A stretch of DNA of 51,194 nt, from positions 1-51,194 of the IMG/VR virus record IMGVR_UViG_3300039210_000264; one strand, given 5' to 3'. The position numbers and the translations under genes were made by a program. This stretch comes from a virus (lineage: Duplodnaviria; Caudoviricetes). Shown piece by piece: positions 28,192-37,267 of the stretch. Positions within the stretch are counted from its first letter, which is position 1; each line of letters begins with the position of its first letter. The notes under the pieces are model-generated. The model saw only the letters and a list, made by a program, of their open reading frames with translations, was not told the origin of the DNA and searched no databases.

Positions 28192-28461
28192 TTACCACAT
28201 CTCGGGCGGTGCTATTCGATACTCACCGGCCTGATCAAGACGAACTCTCCACTCTTCTTGCGCGGCGTAAAACTCGCCTTCAATGCCAGGCGCGATGATA
28301 GCAGACCACTTCTTGCGCGTTGGCACGCCCGTGCCTACGTAGCAATCCGGGCACGGCCCCAGGAATGCTACGTTCATAAAAGCATCCATACCGACCCGAA
28401 CCTTCCCCTTGCCGCCGCAGGTCTCACATACTGGGTACAACTCATAATCAAGCCCAATCAC
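28192..28461 (-). CDS. Small DnaJ-type Zn-finger protein
   Basis: CETCGGKG...CPDCYVGTG. Confidence 0.7.
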   Translation of the reverse strand: MIGLDYELYPVCETCGGKGKVRVGMDAFMNVAFLGPCPDCYVGTGVPTRKKWSAIIAPGIEGEFYAAQEEWRVRLDQAGEYRIAPPEMW

Positions 28462-28766
28462 GTCTTACCCCTCACTTTCAGCACCCGACGCCGACCGAGC
28501 GTCGGGCTGCCAACAAAGACCTCGCCTTTCTCTTGCAGTACCAGCACCTCATCAGGCGTAAGCTCTACCACTACACCCAACTGGTCCAGGAACCATAACG
28601 GAGATCGTCGCGCACGCCAGCAGTCCCCGCAGATAGGCGCGGATGTCTCGGGCAGATATATCGGCAACCAATGAACCAGGTCGTGGCCACACATGGTACA
28701 AGGCTCCAAATCTCGTGGTGCAGTTACAGTTTCTGTCCACGCGCCCGCCTCACTCACCTGTTCCAC
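28458..28766 (-). CDS. Hypothetical Zn-finger protein
   Basis: CTMC...CGDC; start uncertain. Confidence 0.6.
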   Translation of the reverse strand: MEQVSEAGAWTETVTAPRDLEPCTMCGHDLVHWLPIYLPETSAPICGDCWRARRSPLWFLDQLGVVVELTPDEVLVLQEKGEVFVGSPTLGRRRVLKVRGKT

Positions 28767-28885
28767 GTACGTTCACATCGCTGGCATGCGCATACCTGCC
28801 TTTGCCTGCACGGATGTCTACGATCTACCTTGAAATAGCAGGACCAATGTGCCCGATGAAATAGTCTGCACCATAGTTCTTTCAC
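28754..28885 (-). CDS. Small DUF1660-like prophage protein (43 aa)
   Basis: Below the ORF-track cutoff: MKELWCRLFHRAHW...CQRC; GTGA overlap with the upstream gene. Confidence 0.55.
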   Translation of the reverse strand: MKELWCRLFHRAHWSCYFKVDRRHPCRQRQVCACQRCERTWNR

Positions 28886-29280
28886 GCTTTCACCCCCTCA
28901 TAGCTCACGCTTACAGTCACCCACACCGCCGGCAACTGGTGTGCATCGTAGGCAGGCTGAAGAGTTGAGAACGCGAAGTGCCTATCGTTGATGCCCGTCC
29001 CCTCCTCGACCGCATCGTTCACCAGCTCGGCCAGGTTATGCAGGTCAACGGCATGGTTGGCGTCGAGGAAGCGCGCGCTAATCTGAACGCTTACGGGAGG
29101 GCCAGGCGAGAGGATGCCGTCTATGAACAGCACCATGCGCACGCTATTCGCGAGGTCGCTCTTCCACTGCTTGGCCTCATCGTTCATGCCGTAGCGCCGA
29201 TTGCCCCCTTTCCAAAGGTGGTTCTTACTCAGGGACATGCCCGGATAATCCATGCCGATAGTGAAGGTATGCTCTCTCAC
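28882..29280 (-). CDS. rusA: RusA-like Holliday junction resolvase
   Basis: SLSKNHLW...WK...VDLHNLAELVNDAVEEGTGINDR; the conserved DxDNxxK is degenerate (DLHNLAE). Confidence 0.7.
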   Translation of the reverse strand: MREHTFTIGMDYPGMSLSKNHLWKGGNRRYGMNDEAKQWKSDLANSVRMVLFIDGILSPGPPVSVQISARFLDANHAVDLHNLAELVNDAVEEGTGINDRHFAFSTLQPAYDAHQLPAVWVTVSVSYEGVKA

Positions 29281-29768
29281 TCTTCCCACCCCGGCCCGAA
29301 GAACCACCCCATCGAGCCTGTATGGTAAAAGTCCACCAGCTGCTTGGACAGAGCAGGCGCAGGCGTCCACAGGCGAAGCGTACCCTTGACAGGGATAGGC
29401 TCAGGCAGCACTCGCACTTTCTCAAATGCCCACGCCCAGCGCCCATATGAGAAATCGCCAAACGCTTTTTCCTCATCGCTAAGTGGGTTCAGGATGTAAT
29501 GAGCTAGACGGCAATCCACCAGCTCCCCCACGGCCAGTATTACACCGAGCGGGAGTTCATGAACGCTGTAGTAGCCTGCATTTATAAGGGTGTCCCTGAA
29601 GCGCGCGTCATTGGCCGTAAGCTCTCGCGCCCACTTCGGATACCCCTTCGCTGCGTGTATCGCTACCAAGCCTCTATACTCTGTCCGCCAGGAGCGCGTT
29701 TCGAAACGCTTCGCGCCTATCGAAAGGAGAGTTGCCCACGGTTGCGTCAACGACAAGGCCTTGATCAT
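29277..29768 (-). CDS. ASCH domain protein
   Basis: KALSLTQPWA..GAKRFETRSWRT.YRG.VAIHA...PIPVKGTLRLW. Confidence 0.92.
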   Translation of the reverse strand: MIKALSLTQPWATLLSIGAKRFETRSWRTEYRGLVAIHAAKGYPKWARELTANDARFRDTLINAGYYSVHELPLGVILAVGELVDCRLAHYILNPLSDEEKAFGDFSYGRWAWAFEKVRVLPEPIPVKGTLRLWTPAPALSKQLVDFYHTGSMGWFFGPGWEE

Positions 29769-29998
29769 TGCTTGCCACCACCTTCCAGCGCTGCATCGCC
29801 CCACGCTATCGCACCCTGCACGCGCTTGATGCACTCCTCGCACAGACGCGCATGGAAGCTCTCCTCCGGCACGAGCTTCGGCACGCCCAGCACTGGTTGG
29901 CTGAGGTCGATCTTATTTATGACCATGTAGTACGCCGGCACGTTGAGGGGATGCATGCTACCGCACCGCTCGCACTGCCAGAACGATTTCTTCACCAT
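29765..29998 (-). CDS. Small Zn-finger hypothetical protein
   Basis: CERC...LCEEC. Confidence 0.7.
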   Translation of the reverse strand: MVKKSFWQCERCGSMHPLNVPAYYMVINKIDLSQPVLGVPKLVPEESFHARLCEECIKRVQGAIAWGDAALEGGGKQ

Positions 29999-30444
29999 TA
30001 CTCTTTCTCAGGAGGTGCAGGTACGGCCTCCATCTTCACAGTGAAGACTGTATTCATGGCCACATACCGCTTTGTCAAGAACTGGCCTTTGACCTTGATT
30101 GAGCTGCTGGCTGCCGCTTCCAGCCCGCTTGTGCCGAACTGATCCGCCATGTTCTCGATGTGCTCTACGAGCAAGGCGATAATCTGATCGGCGTTCCTGA
30201 AAGCACCCGGTATGATCGCCTGTTTGTGGTCCGTACCACGCACCGCGACCGCAGCCGGGTTTGCCTCTTGCAGGAAGTCCTCTACGATCTGCCTAAACTC
30301 TCCGTTCTCGTCAACTTCACTATTTGCTGGCATGATGCCCTCCTTCTCCATCTCATCTTTCAGTGCCGCCTCAAACTCCGGCGAGACTAAACTGTCTCCG
30401 CTGCCCTTGTGGTCGATGTGGTAGGTTGTCTTTACTCCGCTCAT
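29998..30444 (-). CDS. Hypothetical acidic protein
   Basis: Start MSGVKTT after AAGGGAG. Confidence 0.7.
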   Translation of the reverse strand: MSGVKTTYHIDHKGSGDSLVSPEFEAALKDEMEKEGIMPANSEVDENGEFRQIVEDFLQEANPAAVAVRGTDHKQAIIPGAFRNADQIIALLVEHIENMADQFGTSGLEAAASSSIKVKGQFLTKRYVAMNTVFTVKMEAVPAPPEKE

Positions 30445-30496
30445 GGTTCTATTGCTCCCTTCAAGTGGCAACTTCTGCCAGATAGCGCCTAAGCGC

Positions 30497-30739
30497 CTAT
30501 GCGTCTACAGCCTCCACGAACTGCTCGTGGAACCTGGTCGAGCCGCACAAGCACACTACCTTGGGTCTGCTTGCTGTTATGCCGGCGGCGTCCTCCAGGT
30601 CCGCGCCCAATTGGTTGAGTACGGCAGCACTAGCCTTGTAGCGCCGGTTCTGGCTCTCCTTCAGTTGGCGCGCAATGTCGGTGAGCGAACGCTGGATGCC
30701 TGTCATTTTAGTTATGTCTACCCTCGTCGTTACTTGCAT
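30497..30739 (-). CDS. Hypothetical protein ending in a truncated DUF4406/NDT-like motif
   Basis: PKVVCLCGSTRF is normally the start of a flavodoxin-like domain; here a TAG follows 11 residues later. Confidence 0.5.
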   Translation of the reverse strand: MQVTTRVDITKMTGIQRSLTDIARQLKESQNRRYKASAAVLNQLGADLEDAAGITASRPKVVCLCGSTRFHEQFVEAVDA

Positions 30740-30774
30740 TTGCTTTGCTCCTTTGGCGGCACGATGGCCGCTCG

Positions 30775-31083
30775 TTAGTTGTTGTTGCGGTACGGGACGA
30801 TCCACCCGTGGAAGTAAGAACGTAGCACCCGCCCCTCTTCGCAAGTGAGATCTAGCAACGCCTCGCGCTCCTGCCTGGTCATGGCCCTGCACGGCACCCC
30901 CTCGATTACCTCCTCGCCCACGACCAGGATGAAGTACACATCCACCAGGTGTTTGGGTGGCGTGCCTGCCCACTCCGGGGCTACATCGTAGTGCAGCTTC
31001 TCGCTCAGCCGGGTGCCTCCTCTTCCTCGTTTTGTGTCGATTCGTGTCTCTGCTTGTTGCTGGGCACGCTCAATGGGCCTCAC
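30775..31083 (-). CDS. Hypothetical protein
   Basis: ORF overlapping the upstream stop. Confidence 0.6.
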   Translation of the reverse strand: MRPIERAQQQAETRIDTKRGRGGTRLSEKLHYDVAPEWAGTPPKHLVDVYFILVVGEEVIEGVPCRAMTRQEREALLDLTCEEGRVLRSYFHGWIVPYRNNN

Positions 31084-31648
31084 CGTCTTCAGCCTCCACG
31101 AGCTTGGGCCGGTACTCCGGCTTCAGTGTGGAGTGAAAGTACGGCCCGATCTGCTCCCCGTGCACGATGCAGTAGCGAGAGAGGCATAACAGCGTGCAGT
31201 CCGGGTACTCGCAGAGCGTGCCGGGTGTGGGCAGACCCTTCGTGCCGGCGGCGACCCTTTTCCAGCCGAGCAGCTTGCGTTGCTCCTGATCGCTCAGTTT
31301 GGCCTGCGTGTACTCGAGCGCCTCACTGCGGTTCTTCTCGGCCACAATGTCGAGCGCATTTACAGCATAGCCGTTGGTTCTCACTCTGGATGCGCGCTGG
31401 TAGTATTCGTCGATCTCTTCCAACTCCAGGTCTGCCAACACTTCGGCCCACGCCCCGATCATGAGCAGCTTGTCCACTCCCACGGGGAGGGGCTGATCAG
31501 TCGCTCGTCTTGCCTTCAAGATTATGTTCGCGAGCATGTCTACCAGCGCGCCACTCCATCTCTTCTCTAACGCTAGCCTCATTTTGCCGAGATCTAGCTG
31601 TTCCGGCTCCTGCTGGCTTGCTCTCTCGATGTCCATTGGTTGTACCAT
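31070..31648 (-). CDS. Putative helicase loader/inhibitor-like protein
   Basis: Follows the initiator; AWAEVLADL motif like G39P-type proteins. Start uncertain because it overlaps the initiator 3' end. Confidence 0.5.
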   Translation of the reverse strand: MVQPMDIERASQQEPEQLDLGKMRLALEKRWSGALVDMLANIILKARRATDQPLPVGVDKLLMIGAWAEVLADLELEEIDEYYQRASRVRTNGYAVNALDIVAEKNRSEALEYTQAKLSDQEQRKLLGWKRVAAGTKGLPTPGTLCEYPDCTLLCLSRYCIVHGEQIGPYFHSTLKPEYRPKLVEAEDGEAH

Positions 31649-32438
31649 TCTTGCTACCGCCCCTTTCCTTCTGCCACTTGTCTGCTTTGCGCATGGCAGC
31701 GAACCATGTTTGTGTCCAGTCCGTATAGCGATACTTTTGCCGGTTGGACTGCATACTGGCCTTCCATTCCTCGGTGGCCTCTCCAATGTCCAACTCGGGC
31801 AGGTTGCGGGAGGCCCAGGCCTCCATTTCAGCAGTCATCTTGAACATGGGCGGGAAAGACGTAGCTGGAGAAGAATCTGACGATGAAGAGGAGGAGGATG
31901 TGCTTTCAGGGGGTGTGGGTTGCGCGCTTGCGCGCTCCTCCCCCTCTATGGGATCATCCACTCTCTGGGTATTAGATTCTCTTTCTTGTTCTATATCTAC
32001 ATCTATACGCGTTACATTTGGTGTGTAACGCGTTACACCGCGTTTCACCTGTTCATCGGGCGGCTGTAACGCGTTTCTTTTGTTCTGTCTGTGACGTGTA
32101 ACGCGCTCCCTGATAGCCTCCGGCTCATCTGATGGCTTGGGTGCTTGGCGCTTGGCAAAGTTGATAAATGTCGTCTTGTTGCCCTCATCCTCAGACCATG
32201 CTACGATACGAAGCTTCACCAGTCGGGTAAGGGTCTGGCGCAATAGGTCAGTGTCGCCGCGCGACACCTCAACGGCCAGGAGGTCGAGGTCTTCATAGCC
32301 GGTTATAGTGCCCCGCTCGGTCTGCTCAGACGAAAAGCAAATAAGGCGATACCATACGCGATGCTGGGCGTCTGTTAGAGACTCCAACTTGGGGTCGTTG
32401 CGCGACTCGTTGTAAATCTTAAACCAGGGCCAGCTCAT
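31497..32438 (-). CDS. Replication initiator (replisome organiser)
   Basis: WFKIYNE..NDPKL..L...VWYRLIC...INFAKRQ...ERVTRHR; C-terminal YTDWTQTW; internal iterons. Confidence 0.88.
   Translation of the reverse strand: MSWPWFKIYNESRNDPKLESLTDAQHRVWYRLICFSSEQTERGTITGYEDLDLLAVEVSRGDTDLLRQTLTRLVKLRIVAWSEDEGNKTTFINFAKRQAPKPSDEPEAIRERVTRHRQNKRNALQPPDEQVKRGVTRYTPNVTRIDVDIEQERESNTQRVDDPIEGEERASAQPTPPESTSSSSSSSDSSPATSFPPMFKMTAEMEAWASRNLPELDIGEATEEWKASMQSNRQKYRYTDWTQTWFAAMRKADKWQKERGGSKNGTTNGHRESKPAGAGTARSRQNEASVREEMEWRAGRHAREHNLEGKTSD
31975..32107. other. Putative replication origin (iterons plus AT-rich tract)
   Basis: Perfect palindrome gtgtaacgcgttacac at 32023-32038, further TGTAACGCG copies near 32066 and 32097, acgcgttaca at 32007, adjacent tctatatctacatctata. 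Confidence 0.75.
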
Positions 32439-32932
32439 CGCAGCCGCCTTTCGTGGGCTGCTTCATGGCACGCCACGCAAAGTGTTTTAGCGTTGTTGGG
32501 ATCTGTGCGGCCCGGCGGGTAAGTTGCGAACGGGCGGATGTGGTGTACGTGCACCTCGATGCTATTGTCCCCACACCCCACGCACGTATAGTCATCACGC
32601 TCCAAAACCGCCAGCTTGAACTTCTCGTACTCTCGCGTGTGGCGCAGGTCTTGAGTACCTGGATCAGCTACAACCCAGTTCGGTTGCCAGCCGACAATCT
32701 GATAGCCATCGTCCACCTTGTCCCACAACCCCACGTGACACAGCTTCTTGACAAGCTCCTGCGTGTTAGCAACGTCGGCCAGTCTGCATATCTGCTCCAT
32801 AGGGATGAAGCCATCTGTCAGGTACTGGCCGCAATAGGCCAGCCCGCACACAAACAGCCACCCCGCGAGCGGCCCCGCCTTCACCACCTTCGGGTGGTTC
32901 GGGAATTGATCGTCGATCTTGAGCCAGCTCAT
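32435..32932 (-). CDS. Initiator-like N-terminal domain fused to HNH nuclease
   Basis: MSWLKIDDQFPNHPKV...LAYCGQYLTDGFIP plus VLERDDYTCVGCG...HVHHI...NAKTLCVACH..H. Confidence 0.82.
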   Translation of the reverse strand: MSWLKIDDQFPNHPKVVKAGPLAGWLFVCGLAYCGQYLTDGFIPMEQICRLADVANTQELVKKLCHVGLWDKVDDGYQIVGWQPNWVVADPGTQDLRHTREYEKFKLAVLERDDYTCVGCGDNSIEVHVHHIRPFATYPPGRTDPNNAKTLCVACHEAAHERRLR

Positions 32933-32933
32933 G

Positions 32934-33977
32934 CTATGCCGCCAACCCACTAAGCTCTCTGCCGACCGCGTAGATCTCTGCCCGCATATCCGCTACCGTA
33001 ACCTCCAGGTCCTTTATCTCCGATTCCGCCTCTGCCAGCTCCACCTGAAGCCTCCAGTACCTTGTCGTCATGCGAGCAACGTCAAGCTCTGCCCGCGTCT
33101 TCTCGAGCGCTTCCTGGAGGCCAACGATGATGGCCTCCAGGAAAAGAGGCGGCTGCGGGACGTTGGCCCGTAGATGGGCGTACATACTTGCCCACGGCTC
33201 GGGCAGAAGCGTTCCTGTCACCCAGTTCACCGGCTGCTCGTCTCCGGGATCCCCATCGCTCTCAAGCAATACATCGCCGACTACCTCGCTCCCCGGCTCG
33301 TCGATGACCTCCAACTCCTCGTGGGTAACTTCTATCTTCTGCGGGAGTGGGACGTCGGGGCCGGGCGCGGCGGCAGGCTGATGCCCGGAGGCGATCATGC
33401 GGTTGGGGTACTGGAAATCGTCCGTGCTGGGGATGATCACAACAGATACGCCTTTGTCCCATGGGTACTTTGGCCGGATCTGTTCCGCATATCCGCAGTC
33501 CATGCACACCTGCCACTCTGCCGGGTGTTTGCTCGGAGCATGCGCGCCGTCCAGGAAGAAGTGAGGGTACTTCTCTTCGATAACAGCGTCCGTTCCCGTC
33601 CACCAGTTCGTATGCTTCCCTACCTGACATGCAGCCTGTATGGACGCGGGTGGTGCAGTCTCCTGCTCACCCCCCTTTTCCTCCGCTCCATCCTCGCCGG
33701 CCTGGGGCAGGCTATGGCTATATCTCGGCGGCTGGGCGTCCTGTGCTATTAGCCCGTCTCGCTTGAGCCGGTAGATTCTGTAACCTATGGACCCTGTGGG
33801 CACACCGGTTGCCCTGCACAGGGCTAACTGCGTTTCCTTCTCGTAGTGATCGGCTATGTACTTGTCCTGCTCTTCCTTGCTCATGCCGGCCCCTGCCTCT
33901 TTCGTTGCTAACACCTTGCTATCTCCTCCGCGTACCACTCTAGGGCCGCGCTTGCTTGAAATCGAATAGGTATCCAT
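32934..33977 (-). CDS. Hypothetical protein with HTH-like N-terminal region and coiled-coil C-terminus
   Basis: TQLALCRATGVPTGSIGYRIYRLKRDGLI; start after AAGGGAG. Confidence 0.65.
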   Translation of the reverse strand: MDTYSISSKRGPRVVRGGDSKVLATKEAGAGMSKEEQDKYIADHYEKETQLALCRATGVPTGSIGYRIYRLKRDGLIAQDAQPPRYSHSLPQAGEDGAEEKGGEQETAPPASIQAACQVGKHTNWWTGTDAVIEEKYPHFFLDGAHAPSKHPAEWQVCMDCGYAEQIRPKYPWDKGVSVVIIPSTDDFQYPNRMIASGHQPAAAPGPDVPLPQKIEVTHEELEVIDEPGSEVVGDVLLESDGDPGDEQPVNWVTGTLLPEPWASMYAHLRANVPQPPLFLEAIIVGLQEALEKTRAELDVARMTTRYWRLQVELAEAESEIKDLEVTVADMRAEIYAVGRELSGLAA

Positions 33978-33991
33978 CCGTCTCGCTCCCT

Positions 33992-34156
33992 TCAGTCCAC
34001 ACCAAATAACAAACACACCAACAAAACAGCGCCCACCAGGGCGAACACTGCCGCCGTAAGAGCCACGCCCACCACAAAGCCCGCTGCCATACCCGCCCAG
34101 TCAATCAGGCGGGCGACCAACTTCAGAACCCGGAGGAGCCTATAGGTTCGCTTCAT
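33992..34156 (-). CDS. Small membrane peptide (54 aa)
   Basis: MKRTYRLLRVLKLVARLIDWAGMAAGFVVGVALTAAVFALVGAVLLVCLLFGVD fills the gap after parB. Confidence 0.55.
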   Translation of the reverse strand: MKRTYRLLRVLKLVARLIDWAGMAAGFVVGVALTAAVFALVGAVLLVCLLFGVD

Positions 34157-34158
34157 GA

Positions 34159-35445
34159 TTAGAGGTTGCCCTTCTCGGCTCGGCTAGCCAGTGTGTCCTC
34201 GTCGAGTGCTGCCAGCGCCACTGTGGCCGCGTTCTGTACGCCCCAGGCTTCCTCCGCGCGCCGCAATATCTCCACACGATCCGAATACACCCTCGACGTC
34301 GTGCCTACGCTCTTGCCGTCGTATTCCACTTCTAAGACCTGGGGCATCGCCAGCCGCGCGCAATAGACCATCAGATCGTTTTCGTACTCACAGGCCAGGA
34401 TGAGCGCGTCCATTTCATCGTGCATGGGCAGTCCCCAGGCCCGGCGCACGTCGGCCATGATATAGCCCTTATTGAGCGCGAGCGCCATCATGCGCACGTG
34501 CTCCATGTCGGCCAGTGGCATGGATACGCCGGCGATCACGTCTTGATCTCCATACACGCGCACAGCCTCGACCAACGCCGCCTGTACAACCTTCACGCGC
34601 TTGGTGCGCGCTTTGCCCTCGGCCATCCCCGCGCGCTTCTCATCCTTGCGCTTGGCCTCCAATTCCTCAACCGGGATGCCTGCCCGCGCTGCCTCCATTT
34701 CGGCATTCTGCTGGGCATACTTCTTCGCATCTTCTTGGTGCTGACGGTACCACTTCTGAACAGACTGGATGCCCTGTATGTCGGTCTCTGCGACGCGCAC
34801 CGACGACTCTTTTCCGACCCATTGTGCCGCTTGGTCGGCTTGCCAGTCGGCGATCGGCGTTTCCTTACCGAAGTCGTCAATCGGCGGCTCCTCGACTCTC
34901 AGGAGCGCCATGCCGTGCCCCGCGGACAGCCGCCCGTCGGCGATGTAGTCGAGCACCTTATCGGGCAGTCTCAACAGCCTCAGCAGGTTCGCCAGCGCCG
35001 GCTGCGACATCCCCAGCTTCGAAGCCAGCGTAGCCTGTGTCAGCTCCGGGTGCGCCTCCCTCAATCGCTTGCACGTCACGGCTAGGGCGACCGGGTTGAT
35101 GTCCTTGCGCTGGATGTTGCTCACCAACCTCTGTATCTCACCCTGCAACTGGCCGGGGGCCTCCACGACCACACAAGGCACGCTCCCCAGCCCCGCCAGC
35201 AGCGCCGCCGCCGCTCGCCTATGCCCTGAGTTGATGTATGTGTGGCCGTGCTTCCTGTAGACCCTCAGAGGCTCCAGGATGCCCACCTGCCGGATGCTCT
35301 CCACCAACCCCGCGAGGTCGGCGTCGCTCTCCGGCGTGATCTCCCCGTGCTCGTTATTCGGGTCGTTCTTCAACACGGCAGGGTCAATCCACGCCACCGC
35401 CATGCCCCCCTCAGTCGCCGCCGGGTGTTCTAAAGTGTTTGTCAT
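34159..35445 (-). CDS. parB: ParB/Spo0J/Noc-family protein (CTP-binding domain plus HTH), no partner ParA
   Basis: LVESIRQVGILEPLRV..SGHRR..SNIQRKDINPV; HTH TQATLASKLGMSQPALANLLRLLRLP...GRLSAGHG. Start placed at the ATGA overlap. Confidence 0.92.
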   Translation of the reverse strand: MTNTLEHPAATEGGMAVAWIDPAVLKNDPNNEHGEITPESDADLAGLVESIRQVGILEPLRVYRKHGHTYINSGHRRAAAALLAGLGSVPCVVVEAPGQLQGEIQRLVSNIQRKDINPVALAVTCKRLREAHPELTQATLASKLGMSQPALANLLRLLRLPDKVLDYIADGRLSAGHGMALLRVEEPPIDDFGKETPIADWQADQAAQWVGKESSVRVAETDIQGIQSVQKWYRQHQEDAKKYAQQNAEMEAARAGIPVEELEAKRKDEKRAGMAEGKARTKRVKVVQAALVEAVRVYGDQDVIAGVSMPLADMEHVRMMALALNKGYIMADVRRAWGLPMHDEMDALILACEYENDLMVYCARLAMPQVLEVEYDGKSVGTTSRVYSDRVEILRRAEEAWGVQNAATVALAALDEDTLASRAEKGNL

Positions 35446-35729
35446 TTTTCTTCCTCTCGTCGAGCAGCGCCGTCTGTCTCCACCGTGAATGCAGCGTCTG
35501 TGATCAGCGGTTGCAGATATCCGCTGGGGTTCTTTGGTTTTGGGGGCGCGCTCAGTTCCTCTGAATAATGACTGCCCCGGCGGATGAGCTTCATCTCGGC
35601 CCCCGGCGCGGCATATTTCAGCATGCACGCCCTACATAAGCGCGCTCCCGTGCCGGGCACCGTCAGCTCCCTCTCTGTGTCGCCCAACACACGCTGGCAC
35701 AGATCGCATCTCTTCGGTAGTGGTAGCAT
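35442..35729 (-). CDS. Small Zn-finger (ClpX-ZBD-like) protein, translationally coupled to parB
   Basis: RCDLC...LTVPGTGARLCRAC; AGGGAGG RBS. Confidence 0.7.
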   Translation of the reverse strand: MLPLPKRCDLCQRVLGDTERELTVPGTGARLCRACMLKYAAPGAEMKLIRRGSHYSEELSAPPKPKNPSGYLQPLITDAAFTVETDGAARREEEK

Positions 35730-35741
35730 CTCGATCCTCCC

Positions 35742-35757
35742 TATTTGACGTGAAATA
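35742..35757. promoter_or_regulatory. parS/NBS-hybrid site 1
   Basis: tatttgacgtgaaata, 15/16 to TATTTCACGTGAAATA; abuts the RBS of the gene upstream of parB. Confidence 0.7.
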
Positions 35758-35760
35758 ACT

Positions 35761-35834
35761 CGTTGGGGTTGGCGCCGCCAGTGGGTTCGACCAACGCCGT
35801 GATAGCGGGCAGACTATCGCACGACTGACGGCGG
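35761..35834 (-). ncRNA. Putative structured intergenic RNA element
   Basis: 10-bp closing stem cgccgtcagt/actggcggcg (one G-U), inner hairpin cgtg.gatag/ctatcacg, possible gttgg/ccaac pseudoknot. Confidence 0.4.
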
Positions 35835-35849
35835 ATAATTGGCTCTGTT

Positions 35850-36227
35850 CTACGAACTCTTCCGCTGCTTATTTGCCTGCCAGATCGTCCTGTACCCCAG
35901 CCACTCCGGCGGCTCGCACTCGTTCGAGGACAGCCACTGCTCCACCGTCAATGCCTGCGCGCTCTTGACCCCATCGAGGTGCGGCGCCGGCGGGCCTTCG
36001 TGCCACACCACCACCACAGGTACGGGCGCGCCTACTCTCACCCCTTGCGACCGTACCGCAGGCTCGATCTTATCCCGCGCCTGGGTAGCGGCGCGAGCGG
36101 CGTGCAAGCCTTCAACCCCCCGATGGGCCTGAGCGTCAGCGCGCTTGATCCACAGACCGCATGCCGCCAGCATGGCGATCACCAGCAGCACCACGTCGAC
36201 CCCCGATAGATTACGTATCACATCCAT
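35850..36227 (-). CDS. Membrane-anchored hypothetical protein
   Basis: N-terminal VVLLVIAMLAACGLW; GGGGGAG RBS. Confidence 0.65.
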   Translation of the reverse strand: MDVIRNLSGVDVVLLVIAMLAACGLWIKRADAQAHRGVEGLHAARAATQARDKIEPAVRSQGVRVGAPVPVVVVWHEGPPAPHLDGVKSAQALTVEQWLSSNECEPPEWLGYRTIWQANKQRKSS

Positions 36228-36254
36228 CTCACTCCCCCCACTCTCTATAGCGCC

Positions 36255-37256
36255 CTAAAAATCAACCTCTGCGGCGTTTGCCCCGTCCACACCCTCAGCG
36301 ACCACCGACGATGGCTCCGCCTCTAGTTTCTCGACTATATTCCGCAGGTGCTTCACCACCTGCATCTTGTCCGTCAGGTTCAACTCGGCGAACTTGGTGG
36401 ATGCCCCGCCCAGCGCCGCCTTGTATTGCGCGATCAGCTGCGCCGTTGTCCACCCGTGAGACCGCAGCGTCTTCCAGTGCTCATGGTATTCGTCCATCAT
36501 GCCCAGGTCGCGTTCGGGCTGCAGGCCCCCCAAGCCCACCAGGCGCGAGGGTTCGACGAAGACGATCTCCCCGGTCACTACGTCCACCGGCTCGCCCGAC
36601 GACGTGCGCTTGCGTGCCGGAGGCGTTACATCCCTCACCGCGCGCTGCTGGTTGTCCGCCTGCTCCATCTCCTCCGTCGTATATAGGCCGCTCGTCTCCG
36701 CCGGAAACGCCTTGCGCAAGGCGGCGCTTTCTCCACACTTTCCAAGCATGACGTGTGGCTTCGAGGCCCACATATGCGTCGGGCTGCCATCTCGCTTGCG
36801 CGCCACGTATTCCGAGTACATCACTGTGCAGGCTACCTCGTGCCACTCCCCCCGAACCCACTTCATGACGTACGCCGTCGCGCTCACCAGTTGCCCCCCC
36901 TCGTCGTACTTAAAGAGCGTGTCCGCCCCCGGCGCATAGTCCCCGGTGCGATCCGCCACCAGTCGCAAGCCGTGGATCGAGACCTGGATTTTCATCACCT
37001 CAGTCTTGCTATCCGCGTCCCACCGCTTTATGGCGTATATCTGGTCAGCAAAAGGATCGAGGCCCGTCTGGTTGCATCTGCTCACGAACAGCACAAGCTC
37101 GTCGTCGGTCGCTCCCTTCGCAATCGTCCGTTTGATAAGCTCTATCCGCTCCGCGCTCAGACCACTGCCACCTGACTGCTGCTCCGTTTGCAGCGCTGTA
37201 ATTGATGTCACGTTGTCTTTCATCCTGCTTACCCCTTTCAGGTCTATGACCTGCAT
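36255..37256 (-). CDS. bet: Single-strand annealing recombinase (Bet/RecT family)
   Basis: GATDDEL.LF...GLDPF..QIYAIKR..QVSIHGLR..A.RTG...W...PHVMLGKC.ES.ALRKAFP..SGLYT.EEM. Confidence 0.93.
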   Translation of the reverse strand: MQVIDLKGVSRMKDNVTSITALQTEQQSGGSGLSAERIELIKRTIAKGATDDELVLFVSRCNQTGLDPFADQIYAIKRWDADSKTEVMKIQVSIHGLRLVADRTGDYAPGADTLFKYDEGGQLVSATAYVMKWVRGEWHEVACTVMYSEYVARKRDGSPTHMWASKPHVMLGKCGESAALRKAFPAETSGLYTTEEMEQADNQQRAVRDVTPPARKRTSSGEPVDVVTGEIVFVEPSRLVGLGGLQPERDLGMMDEYHEHWKTLRSHGWTTAQLIAQYKAALGGASTKFAELNLTDKMQVVKHLRNIVEKLEAEPSSVVAEGVDGANAAEVDF

Positions 37257-37267
37257 ATCTGCGTCGT

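Noticed and set aside
34159-35445. Complete ParABS plasmid partition system or true Noc
   Set aside because: No Walker-type ParA, no canonical parS or NBS seen, and no Noc-like N-terminal amphipathic helix.
35761-35834. tRNA gene or HDV-like ribozyme (GGTTCGA on the plus strand; nested pseudoknot on the minus)
   Set aside because: No cloverleaf or acceptor stem; the HDV L3, P1.1 and catalytic J4/2 consensus are missing.
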